Source: Oxalobacteraceae bacterium UBA7693 (lineage in GTDB: Bacteria > Pseudomonadota > Gammaproteobacteria > Burkholderiales > Burkholderiaceae_D). From it: a DNA stretch of 47,652 nucleotides. The stretch spans positions 52,432 through 100,083 of the forward strand of contig DLGN01000398.1 of the NCBI GenBank assembly GCA_002482715.1, written 5' to 3'. The notes beneath the pieces are model-generated. The model was not told where the DNA came from and ran no database searches. It saw only the letters and a list, made by a program, of their open reading frames with translations. This document shows, piece after piece, positions 10,801 to 17,864 of this stretch; the first letter of the stretch is position 1; each line of letters begins with the position of its first letter. The translations under genes and the position numbers were made by a program.

Positions 10801-11316
10801 CAGAGAAAAGAAAATCAGGACAACGCAGAAAATGCAGCATCTAACAAATACGACAGTCACTTGCACAATGCAGGATTGGTGATCGTTGCCCCCTATTTGC
10901 AAAGATTATTTGCACTTCTAGAGCTCACTAAGGATGGGGCATTTATCGACAAGCACGCGGCAGAACGTGCCGTACATCTGACGCAATACATTGTCACTGG
11001 AGAAGAAAATACTCCAGAATTTTCACTGACGCTGAACAAACTTTTATGTGGCATCCCAGCAGTGGTTCCGATTGCGTCAGGCATACAAATGACAGAGCAC
11101 GAGAAAGACGTGATACAGCAAATGCTGACAGGAATCATCGCGCACTGGAGCGCGATCGGTAAGACCTCAATACAAGGTCTACGTGAAACCTTTTTAGCCC
11201 GTGAAGGCTACCTGAAATTTGCAGACGATTGTTGGCACCTAAAAATTCCGCAAGCCACTTTCGATATGTTGCTAGATCGTCTGCCATGGAGTTTTGCGAT
11301 GATTAAGTTTCCATAG
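4834..11316 (+). CDS. eCIS tape measure protein (Afp14-like, CIS_TMP family), about 2160 aa; appears C-terminally truncated by a premature TAG
   Basis: Likely ATG at 4834, 5 bp after the Afp12 stop. N-terminal 'RLESIELDLG' and C-terminal 'HNAGLVIVAPYL...LNKLLCG...IIAHWSAIGKTSIQGLRETFLAREG...FDMLLDRLPWSFAMIKFP' are CIS tape-measure motifs. The in-frame continuation after TAG reads MPDPLHVNWR* (to 11349). Confidence 0.88.
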   Translation: MRSANRIHDLVFDLSFTDIQADASAWADWIKAILLPVIDEVIEQQCRELNIQVHQIRRLESIELDLGTVLQAESERELSRRLHEQLSNSLRLQLAKVAGQNQQQEQAENAHTEFLHFLKTGQLKWERLSEAKYAHKRLLQEIVKSKTAPLPLQDITRDSRQLGRLLKQFDASDLFQITRMALKAWSREEQDLMLDWLGLEFLNLQTKHSEQAAIEKLWRFILPSIQNRINAFSEIAQAWMESQGASITTLKPEYQQLIETHTAISAQTRHALMQVIEQLSAKLNSTQTLPSISPTFDIAAPASLTTDHVFARSRNDEIQDEEVRKLSQQFREEIAEARNPMHSNVDAESAAASKTNFEFSASHQSAFEQADYVALASEWSALMLFCEPEIRQLQASCWQVWLEKFPVQMKLDLITLLHPDTAWYVHRYLSSADPSSDPTSSPSSAPSSSSNSDSASAIHLFSLDKATLDVVIVTALSSRTGTLNAAGIQEIIHLLHKAQSTRTAEGLVTAHHNKQINQSNQDYELVDTDALLTQALRSEDDVLLSNAIHLAIDEQFSQFNQLRAQYWRHWWQHLTSTSQEHILSRLHPQLATSIPAMKRLLQKQLSASAKSAQSDLLTTSGAAMVEVEKPLFAYLWSFAPGQLSVSNFQQFFVKFGSQNQLHHIDKKSDAALHATQDSGIIEQLEHLVNCGEAQQVDALWRQLSTQHTTQVRALFPKLKRAQQMLIFAKLGQEQALALAQILQAPLAKLLAEYFHNTAAVRIALVAYATAFATVSATTNAATTITETDIQIQEHLRQLLQDIILTNTQISPAKFWRMINLAHTLPQQAQADLVPAARASTANTIIEKLPYFKALQQFVSIPHSNVAAAEITTAAAVAPTASTAFSARTETQNQQRPHSHLGTRSHPEARPHPLLASFRAWQDGRLRLADLGLQQHELYQYLHWWILHQDQQAASDFSFMLESLRTASQASAAPEDLLICALEALRHGESIDVEVLQKQALQLQLERSLAESFTPSEAELRKSLADFYSTDQDNVTAVNAAISTSPDKQADRMHSEIEEQEFVTAFYAALNNTQAMQDFRRQVMPSTIWQEHLSSRIPTPQLHTFLIHYLNSIHYASQTEKASFLDKLERYAFQVQGLNEYFADVIYSLFSRENQELEALVQICIERANVAKRNQQSTPTSIIKPVVETRLASNLPPDLARKLSAAALHRWIHQRLQRWIQDQIKLGIDNSLTLNTVPADAISRTQHEHLHSQFLAQLENPQVEQMATLLIALQTNLPKDKLQELKHICANQFELQASDWITLASWAQNDKHFTQTIQQWQRALANIDWAAQTELRNTSATSSPSSAKVFFSDSGIDAGSEDASDLGLDLSKNFVTDVDAASKTPSEAGLRAGKSSKSTAELHNERHKAATPSLSTYRQQILPAQLAEAMLQANLGGLSSIWPQLVTHHQDILVQAQQRYLARRELRQLCIAKNSIPVLHDLLASLAPELSQLLSEIWQQWERLDTTLKQQNTLAEFQRHSFRIAYNAVFEQSLQQKNSLTQLTALVQGIYSVHDENTLNDIFSNLCYQLDPRQAPNWHRILTKLLALNQFTAYAKQAIENPASIQQSSVETTSLLMPAQVRSRLFSMLITDSEITASLVSIQDLPQLKHSNRDHPDASSQTLDWSLLTAMEKKALLQTGLQQLTKKQQSEFWDALGNQSHLSALALNASVKLDTGLATELTTKITTKPTTENINKVQQPHLESATDIALAEAIKLFEVITSSGTDFVRGDIDLVASTHQEQTLSLAEQETLCTIMLRSHASFSTAERAFFQHSLHQLLSASNYAFTTIPHVLQEARGIARLCELATTIQLEALFKRLHTTIHAQLPGLLYRLEKALLINLRSSPSSPSKHNLIGLHHACWHAIYTASASIKPPIHVLQFTTALLEQLLGQALDQLKPRLEHNKRAENVRQCLDKLAHFDQQLSLQLTHKNSPEAMPTVNQQEQVNKKIPQRKENQDNAENAASNKYDSHLHNAGLVIVAPYLQRLFALLELTKDGAFIDKHAAERAVHLTQYIVTGEENTPEFSLTLNKLLCGIPAVVPIASGIQMTEHEKDVIQQMLTGIIAHWSAIGKTSIQGLRETFLAREGYLKFADDCWHLKIPQATFDMLLDRLPWSFAMIKFP
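6121..6192 (+). repeat. Six degenerate 12-bp tandem units encoding a Ser/Pro-rich linker inside the tape measure gene
   Basis: tcaagcgcagac/ccaagctcagac/ccaacttcaagc/ccaagttcagct/ccaagttcaagc/tcaaactcggac, encoding SSADPSSDPTSSPSSAPSSSSNSD. Confidence 0.7.
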
Positions 11317-11373
11317 ATGCCAGATCCCTTGCATGTAAATTGGCGCTAACCGACTACAGAAAAAGACAAAATA

Positions 11374-12711
11374 ATGCTCAACACAGAATGTTTAGAACAA
11401 GAAATCGCGTGGTTTAGTCGGGTCTGCGACGCGCGTTTTGACGCCTATTTCAAAGACAATCAGAACAATAAAAATCTGCAAGAAATTGTCCCTGCACCAG
11501 ACCTTACTAATGTCAATACCGCCTATGCGAAAATTATTCGAGAGTTCAATTTTGCTTATATGGAACGCGTGGTATTGGTATTGGCCTTAGTGCCGCATTT
11601 GCGGCCACAAACACTCGACTTTTTCTCTTTACAAAATGCAGCATTAGCGCGCCCGTTTAGTGAAATTGGCGGCTGGCGTGGCAAAGCGCACTTAGGTTTC
11701 TTACCAACTTGTGAAACGGCCGCTTTTATTTTGGCAGGAAGTGATTTGGAAAAGCGCCTACAGGTTGCAATGCTATTTAAAGATGAGCATCCATTGATCA
11801 AGCAAGGAATTTTGCGTTTGGAATCGCAGGCAAGCGACGAACCTTCATTTAGTGCAAAACTACAAGTCAGTCATGACTACCTGCAACGACTAGTGGAGGG
11901 CGAAAGCCACAAACCAGATTTTAGCGCGAATTTTCCGGCAAAATTAATGCAAACCCAACTGACCTGGCAAGACTTGGTCTTGAATCAGGAAGTGATGGAG
12001 GAAGTGGATCATATCGTTGCCTGGCTTGCGCATTCCAAGCGAATTCTGAATGACTGGGGATTACAAAAATCTTTAAAGCCCGGCTATCGCACTTTATTCT
12101 ACGGCCCACCCGGCACTGGTAAAACACTAACCGCCAGTTTGATAGGGAAAGCCGTCGAAGCCGATGTGTATCGTATCGACTTATCGATGGTGGTATCGAA
12201 ATACATAGGTGAAACCGAAAAAAATCTGGCCAATGTTTTCGATCAGGCGCAAAACAAAAATTGGATATTGTTTTTCGATGAAGCAGATTCTCTGTTTGGC
12301 AAACGGACTCAAACCAGCAATTCCAATGATCGTCATGCGAATCAGGAAATTTCCTATCTCTTACAACGCGTTGAAGATTTTCCCGGTGTCGTCATCTTGG
12401 CAACCAATTTGAAAGCAAATATTGATGCCGCGTTCTCGCGTCGTTTTCAAAGTGAAGTGTACTTTGCGATGCCAGATGCGATGCAACGTGAACGTCTGTG
12501 GAATAACTTATTCACGAATAAAGAACGACTAAACACCGATGTGAACTTCCGTCAGCTAGCAGAACGTTATGAATTGGCTGGCGGTGCTTTACTCAATGTT
12601 GCTCGCTATGCGGCGATTCGAGCAGTTAAAAACAGTCATCAAACAATTACGCAAGACGATCTGCTGCGTGGCATCAGCAGAGAATTAATGAAGGATGGGA
12701 AAACATTGTGA
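11374..12711 (+). CDS. eCIS AAA+ ATPase (Afp15-like)
   Basis: Walker A GPPGTGKT, 'RIDLSMVVSKYIGETEKNL', Walker B ILFFDEAD, 'DRHANQEISYLLQRVE'; located directly after the tape measure. Confidence 0.93.
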   Translation: MLNTECLEQEIAWFSRVCDARFDAYFKDNQNNKNLQEIVPAPDLTNVNTAYAKIIREFNFAYMERVVLVLALVPHLRPQTLDFFSLQNAALARPFSEIGGWRGKAHLGFLPTCETAAFILAGSDLEKRLQVAMLFKDEHPLIKQGILRLESQASDEPSFSAKLQVSHDYLQRLVEGESHKPDFSANFPAKLMQTQLTWQDLVLNQEVMEEVDHIVAWLAHSKRILNDWGLQKSLKPGYRTLFYGPPGTGKTLTASLIGKAVEADVYRIDLSMVVSKYIGETEKNLANVFDQAQNKNWILFFDEADSLFGKRTQTSNSNDRHANQEISYLLQRVEDFPGVVILATNLKANIDAAFSRRFQSEVYFAMPDAMQRERLWNNLFTNKERLNTDVNFRQLAERYELAGGALLNVARYAAIRAVKNSHQTITQDDLLRGISRELMKDGKTL

Positions 12712-15700
12712 AACACTTACACAACGCTCCACTATTTAGTAGCCTATGGCACTTTTTCCAAATTCGCGATTCTCATCGCCTCTTCCAACGGCGCTGTATG
12801 CGTGGCCTGTTGCTCAGCTTGCTTTGTTGTAGTCAAATCAGCCTGGCACAGATTGAAATTACCAGCGTCTCAACGCAGGCGAGTAATGATGCAAGCAAGA
12901 CGAGTCCGAATAATGCATCCTTGAATAAGACGCCCACTTCGGGGAGCAAAACCGTCAATATTGTTGGCTATAACAAAAATATCCGACAAGAACATTTTAA
13001 AGGTCTAAGTAAACCAGTTGTCTTGCAAATGCAAAAGCAATTAGAAGCAATCTATCAAGATCTGCCTGATTGGAAACATGACTATGCGCTCAGAGGAAAA
13101 CCTTTAGATGATGGTATCGTCGGACCGATTACCCTATCCTGGCTTCAACGTTTCGGCTTCAGCTTCAAAGTAAGTGCGACCGGCGATTATGCTGACAGCC
13201 TGGCGAAGAACGTTGATAGAATCGCCCGCTTTGGTGAAAAGAATCGCGCTGAACTCGGGATTTTGCTTAGTCCCGAGTTCGAGGCTTGGGATTTTATGCA
13301 GGCTGAGAAAATCAAGAACCAAGATTTCCACATACGTCGTCAAGGTTCGGACAAAGATTTGATCGATCTGGTCAATCGTTTCCGCGGTATGCGTAAAGCT
13401 GCGCCGAAAGCGATTCCAAGTTATGTCGATACCAGTGCGTATTTTACCTACAACCTAAACCAAGCGGATTTGGATGTGCTCGGCGGCAAAGATCAAATCG
13501 TACAAATCCTCACGACACTCAAAGACAAGGAATTCAATTCATCTGAAGCACTGCGCGCAGCCACAGCACAGGCGATGGGCGGAAGAGATTATTTGCTCAA
13601 TCAAATCTGGCCTTTGATTGAGAGAAGTGCGGCAGACTTTGACGGTTTTTTGATCAATGAAGACGCACTGAAAAAGTTAAAAGACATCAGTGATTTTCCT
13701 ATCGCGGTAATTGATGAATTACGCGTGCAGGGCACAGTCTATTTTAAAACGAAAGATCTATTTGATAGCTTTCTTGAAGAAAAATTGAATACCGATGCAC
13801 TGTTTTTAACAGAAGACGAAAAACAAGCGCTCACCGAAGCAACACGTGTCTTCGATAACGTACATTTAACCGAGCTATCATTGGCAACAATTAAAAATGA
13901 GTTAAAGGGAAACATACAAAATACCGGTGTACCTGCAATGATCGTCAAGCTACTGGAACAGATCAAAGATGTTGATTATGCCGAAGTGAGTATCTTCCGC
14001 AGTGCCGCTGTGTCAAAAATTGTGATGGGTATCGGCGCATGCAGATTGAATTCTCCAACCAACAATAGCTTTGTTGGTAGCCTGCGTATGAGTGACGATG
14101 ATTTCGCTTTACTACAAAAAGAATTAGAAGGATTAAAAGCACAAGCGACCGATGGCCGCACCCGACTGACGCAAAGTCTGGATAGTATTTTTACAGAACT
14201 AAGCAAACTACGTTTGCAAGTAGGCCTTTGTGATCCCGCGACCGTGAGTCTGGCGCAAAATTTGATTCAACAACTCTATCATTCCTATTTAGCGATTGCG
14301 ATTGAGAATGTTGCGAAGAAACGCATCCCCGACAAAATCTCAAACATCAATTTGAAAGGTGGCGACTGTGGTTGTGCCTTGGATGAATTTAATGGCATTG
14401 TGTATGGTTTCTATCCTTATTGGAAAAATCAACAGAAGACACAAACTGTCAACTTTAGCGTTCTCAACCGCGTCGCCTACTATGGTTTAACGGTAGACAA
14501 TGTAGGCGAGCTTCGACTGGGTGCACAGACATTTGATATCAACAATGGCAGTGCGAGAGACAATGAGTTTATTCGTGTAGCACGTCAATATAATTCGAAA
14601 GTGGATTGGTTAATTCAGAAAAATGATTGGAGCGGAGACTGGCGCAAGTTTTCTCGCGAGAATAAGCAAGCGGTGTTAAAAAAACTCATTCAAAACATTA
14701 CCGGCCTATTACGCGCCCCACTCGTTGATCTCGCATCGAGCGTCAAACCTTACGCCAGTTTTGGTATTGCATCTAGACCAACTCGTGGAGATGGCGTCAC
14801 GATTTACTTTCCAAACTATCCATTAGACGCAGATTCTGCACTGCTGTTTAATGAGTTTTATATGTCTCTACGCAAAGCATTAGAAGACGACAATGTGCTG
14901 GTGAATATTTTGGTATCACAAGATGTGTTCACCCATCATTTACAAAACAAAACTGGCGCGTTCAGCGTCGGCAACTTGGTTAAATTACGTAAAAAAAGTG
15001 AACGGCAAGGCTCCAATAACAAACTAGACAAATCAGCCATACGCGAATTAATACTGGTGTTGCTCAATGAACCAAGTACCGATTCCAAAAAACAGCTACG
15101 CAGCGATATCGAAAATGAGTCTAGTCTGCATGGAGCTGATCGTAGTGACTTCCTACGCCACTTGCTACCTGTACTGCACTTCGATAACCATAACTGGCAA
15201 CAGTTAGAAGACGACATTTTGTATTCGGGCGATAATTTCGGCGGTGTCGGCTTGTGGTCTCCTAACTTCGAGAATCTGGCGAAACCAGTCATCGATCTGG
15301 AGCAATCCTGCCTTCAGAGCCAACAAATCGCGGTTTGCCTACTGAAGAATTATCGCGAACAAGAAATAGCCGTGGATAATTCATCAGAAATTGAAAAATT
15401 CGTTTGCGTGAATCGTTGGTATTTACAGTTAGTGTTGACTTTCTTCGTGCTACTGGCAATTAGCCTGGCGTATCTTTTCAAACGCTACTGTGAGATACAA
15501 AATTTAATTAAGAAATATTTCTTATGGGTTTTATGCCTGATCATCATTCCTCCATTGGCGATCTTCACGCTCTTATTACTATTTGATCCCTATCTTGCTA
15601 GTCTGTCAGAAGGCAATTTGCCATTTATTATTTCGATAGGAATCATCGTTGCGGGTTTACTTGGCGGTTACCTTTACCTGAGATCCAGACGCGAAGTGCC

Positions 15701-16127
15701 GCTACGACAACGCGCTCTGCCACAACGGCAGGGTTTAGGATTTCCGCTTATCTCGTGGAGTAAAGAAATTGATGAAGCGGGCTTCCGTATGGTCATACGC
15801 AATCGCGGCACAGGATTTGCCATCATCAAGAAGATTGAAATCTATCTGGACGGTCAAGCAGTTGCTGATGCGAAAACCGCTTTAGAAGCGGTGTTTGGTC
15901 CAGATAAGAATTTATTGTGGCGAGCAGCGCCCTTAATCGGTCAAAAGATTATGCCAGGCGAATCGCTCATGGCAATCTCCATTAGTGACGAAAACTCGGC
16001 GATATCGTTTAACAAAAAGCTCGCAGAACATGAATTGAAAGTGCTGATCACCTACTATTCGGCGAATCATGAATACTGGGTCAGTGATGGTAAAGAAGTT
16101 TCTAGTATTTCTGGTGGTTCCAGTTAA
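12708..16127 (+). CDS. Large exported membrane protein: signal peptide, PG-binding-like motif, 3 helical repeats, degenerate GH18-like domain, 3 TM helices, C-terminal beta domain
   Basis: GTGA overlap with the Afp15 stop (alternative ATG at 12798 precedes the signal-like MRGLLLSLLCCSQISLA-Q). 'DDGIVGPITLSWLQRF' at ~13107; GH18-like 'VYGFYPYW...FSVLNRVAYYGLTVD' at ~14400 and 'FGGVGLW' at ~15237; three hydrophobic segments at ~15417-15680. Confidence 0.75.
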   Translation: MKHLHNAPLFSSLWHFFQIRDSHRLFQRRCMRGLLLSLLCCSQISLAQIEITSVSTQASNDASKTSPNNASLNKTPTSGSKTVNIVGYNKNIRQEHFKGLSKPVVLQMQKQLEAIYQDLPDWKHDYALRGKPLDDGIVGPITLSWLQRFGFSFKVSATGDYADSLAKNVDRIARFGEKNRAELGILLSPEFEAWDFMQAEKIKNQDFHIRRQGSDKDLIDLVNRFRGMRKAAPKAIPSYVDTSAYFTYNLNQADLDVLGGKDQIVQILTTLKDKEFNSSEALRAATAQAMGGRDYLLNQIWPLIERSAADFDGFLINEDALKKLKDISDFPIAVIDELRVQGTVYFKTKDLFDSFLEEKLNTDALFLTEDEKQALTEATRVFDNVHLTELSLATIKNELKGNIQNTGVPAMIVKLLEQIKDVDYAEVSIFRSAAVSKIVMGIGACRLNSPTNNSFVGSLRMSDDDFALLQKELEGLKAQATDGRTRLTQSLDSIFTELSKLRLQVGLCDPATVSLAQNLIQQLYHSYLAIAIENVAKKRIPDKISNINLKGGDCGCALDEFNGIVYGFYPYWKNQQKTQTVNFSVLNRVAYYGLTVDNVGELRLGAQTFDINNGSARDNEFIRVARQYNSKVDWLIQKNDWSGDWRKFSRENKQAVLKKLIQNITGLLRAPLVDLASSVKPYASFGIASRPTRGDGVTIYFPNYPLDADSALLFNEFYMSLRKALEDDNVLVNILVSQDVFTHHLQNKTGAFSVGNLVKLRKKSERQGSNNKLDKSAIRELILVLLNEPSTDSKKQLRSDIENESSLHGADRSDFLRHLLPVLHFDNHNWQQLEDDILYSGDNFGGVGLWSPNFENLAKPVIDLEQSCLQSQQIAVCLLKNYREQEIAVDNSSEIEKFVCVNRWYLQLVLTFFVLLAISLAYLFKRYCEIQNLIKKYFLWVLCLIIIPPLAIFTLLLLFDPYLASLSEGNLPFIISIGIIVAGLLGGYLYLRSRREVPLRQRALPQRQGLGFPLISWSKEIDEAGFRMVIRNRGTGFAIIKKIEIYLDGQAVADAKTALEAVFGPDKNLLWRAAPLIGQKIMPGESLMAISISDENSAISFNKKLAEHELKVLITYYSANHEYWVSDGKEVSSISGGSS

Positions 16128-16146
16128 GTCAGATAGCTTAAGGTAG

Positions 16147-16179
16147 TGCCAGCGATTGGATCGTATCCAATCGCTGGCA
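16147..16179. terminator. Perfect 15-bp hairpin between the convergent eCIS operon and pirin gene; probable bidirectional terminator
   Basis: TGCCAGCGATTGGAT-cgt-ATCCAATCGCTGGCA followed by TTTAT. Confidence 0.8.
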
Positions 16180-16180
16180 T

Positions 16181-17062
16181 TTATAGTTCAGATGCAACCA
16201 ACTTCCCCTGACGAAAATCATCAATCGCTTTAAAGATTTCTTCTTGCGAGTTCATCACAAACGGCCCATATTGCGCGATGGTTTCGCCCAATGGTTTTCC
16301 TGCGATTAAGATGAATCTTGCGGCCTCGTCGGCTTGTATCTTTACGCCATCGGCACTTGGCCATTTCTTTAAAATCGCCATTCTTTGCAAAGGTACTTGC
16401 TGCTCACCGATTTTTACGCTGCCACGATACACGTAAATAAAAGCATTAAAGTCAGCAGGAATATGTTGACTAAAGCTCGCACCTCCTGAAATGTTGACAT
16501 CGAGATAAATAGGCTCAGTGGTGGCTCTTTGCATTGCGCCTTGCACACCATGACTTTGGCCGGCAATAACACGTACAGTGACCGCATCGGGCGTCGTAAA
16601 TTCGGGAATGTCCGCGCTCTTAAAATCGCGATACCAAGCTGGCGTCATTTTGTCTTTACTTGCCAAGTTAAGCCATAACTGAAAACCTTCCATGCGACCA
16701 TTTTCTTGCTCGGGCAATTCTGAATGGATCACACCGCGCCCAGCGGTCATCCACTGAACGCCACCATTTTCTAGCAAGCCTTCATTACCAGCGCTATCAC
16801 GATGGCGCATGCGACCTTCTAGCATATAAGTGATGGTCTCAAATCCGCGATGTGGATGGTCGGGGAAACCAGCGATGTACTCGTCAGGATTGTCGCTTCC
16901 AAACGCGTCTAACATGAGAAAAGGATCTAGCCGATACTGATATGGCTGGGTCAATACGCGTGTCAGTTTGACACCGGCACCATCAGAAGTTGCCTGGCCG
17001 ACCACCAATTGCTCGACTGCGCGTGACAAGCTGACGTTTTCTGGTTTGAGCTCGGTGTTCAT
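16181..17062 (-). CDS. Pirin family protein
   Basis: 'LDPFLMLD', 'GFPDHPHRGFETITY', 'VQWMTAGRGVIHSE', 'YGPFVMN'. Confidence 0.95.
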   Translation of the reverse strand: MNTELKPENVSLSRAVEQLVVGQATSDGAGVKLTRVLTQPYQYRLDPFLMLDAFGSDNPDEYIAGFPDHPHRGFETITYMLEGRMRHRDSAGNEGLLENGGVQWMTAGRGVIHSELPEQENGRMEGFQLWLNLASKDKMTPAWYRDFKSADIPEFTTPDAVTVRVIAGQSHGVQGAMQRATTEPIYLDVNISGGASFSQHIPADFNAFIYVYRGSVKIGEQQVPLQRMAILKKWPSADGVKIQADEAARFILIAGKPLGETIAQYGPFVMNSQEEIFKAIDDFRQGKLVASEL

Positions 17063-17113
17063 CTGCTATTTCCTTTTCTGATTTATTACGACGCTGACTA
17101 CAATTCGCTTAGT

Positions 17114-17713
17114 TTATGCCAATGCAGCTTCGATTTGTGCTTGGGCATCGCTGATTGCGCGTTGTTCACCCTCTGGCCCCATCGCCAAGCCTTCTGCATA
17201 AATGAATTCAACATCAGTCATGCCTAGGAAGGCAAAGAAGTTTTTCAGATACGGCATTTGGGTATCATTTGGCGTATTGCGATACAAACCACCACGCGTC
17301 AAGACGACATAGACTTTCTTGTTTTTCAATAAACCTTCTGGACCATTTGCGGTGTAACGGAAAGTCACTTGTGCACGGGAAATCGCATCTATCCAATTTT
17401 TCAATTGGGATGAAATACCAAAGTTATACATAGGTGCACCAATCACCAAAATATCCGCTGCTTGTGCTTCCGCGATTAAAGCGTCATCCAAAGCAACACG
17501 GGCTGCTTGCTCCGGTGTGCGCTGATCAGCAGGTGTGAACAAAGCTTGCAGTGCAGCTTCATCCAAACTTGGTTGTGGCGTAACAGCGAGATCACGCAAT
17601 ACAAAGTCTGCACCTGCATGCTGATCACGTAAGCGTGCGCTTACTTGATTCGCCAAACTAGTGGAATGAGAACCTGCTACACGGGCGCTGGAATTGATTT
17701 GCAAAATGTTCAT
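17114..17713 (-). CDS. azoR: FMN-dependent NADH-azoreductase
   Basis: Start MNILQINSS at 17713 with AAGGAG RBS; '[19 protein letters not shown]', '[12 protein letters not shown]', 'TRGG'. Confidence 0.92.
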   Translation of the reverse strand: MNILQINSSARVAGSHSTSLANQVSARLRDQHAGADFVLRDLAVTPQPSLDEAALQALFTPADQRTPEQAARVALDDALIAEAQAADILVIGAPMYNFGISSQLKNWIDAISRAQVTFRYTANGPEGLLKNKKVYVVLTRGGLYRNTPNDTQMPYLKNFFAFLGMTDVEFIYAEGLAMGPEGEQRAISDAQAQIEAALA

Positions 17714-17820
17714 GGTATTGCTCCTTAAGATGGTAACACTGGGGTTGAACTGCACACTTGAGTGAATGTGCTGTCACTTTATATGTTCCATATTCAATAC
17801 AGAAGAGCTTAAAATGGATA

Positions 17821-17846
17821 TGATTGTTCCACCTATAGAACAATCA
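17821..17846. promoter_or_regulatory. Putative LysR recognition site between divergent azoR and lysR
   Basis: Inverted repeat TGATTGTTC-cacctata-GAACAATCA containing a T-N11-A core. Confidence 0.6.
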
Positions 17847-17864
17847 CACATTTCAGGAGAAACC

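Larger units (their letters stand above)
1..16127 (+). other. 3' part of an extracellular contractile injection system (eCIS, Afp/PVC/MAC-like) operon; 5' part (sheath, tube, spike) lies upstream of the window
   Basis: Seven co-directional, overlapping or closely spaced ORFs with Afp11-, Afp13-, Afp12-, Afp14- and Afp15-type motifs, ending at a strong hairpin (16147-16179). Confidence 0.92.

Noticed and set aside
11314-11316. Genome-wide amber recoding or pyrrolysine
   Set aside because: Other genes in the window end normally at TAG and no pyl genes or suppressor tRNA are visible.
1-16127. Prophage or canonical T6SS
   Set aside because: No capsid, terminase, integrase, or TssJLM/ClpV genes in the window; the motifs are those of Afp11/12/14/15.
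12708-16127. Active chitinase or injected toxin cargo
   Set aside because: No DxxDxDxE catalytic motif, and the signal peptide plus three TM helices argue against loading into the tube.
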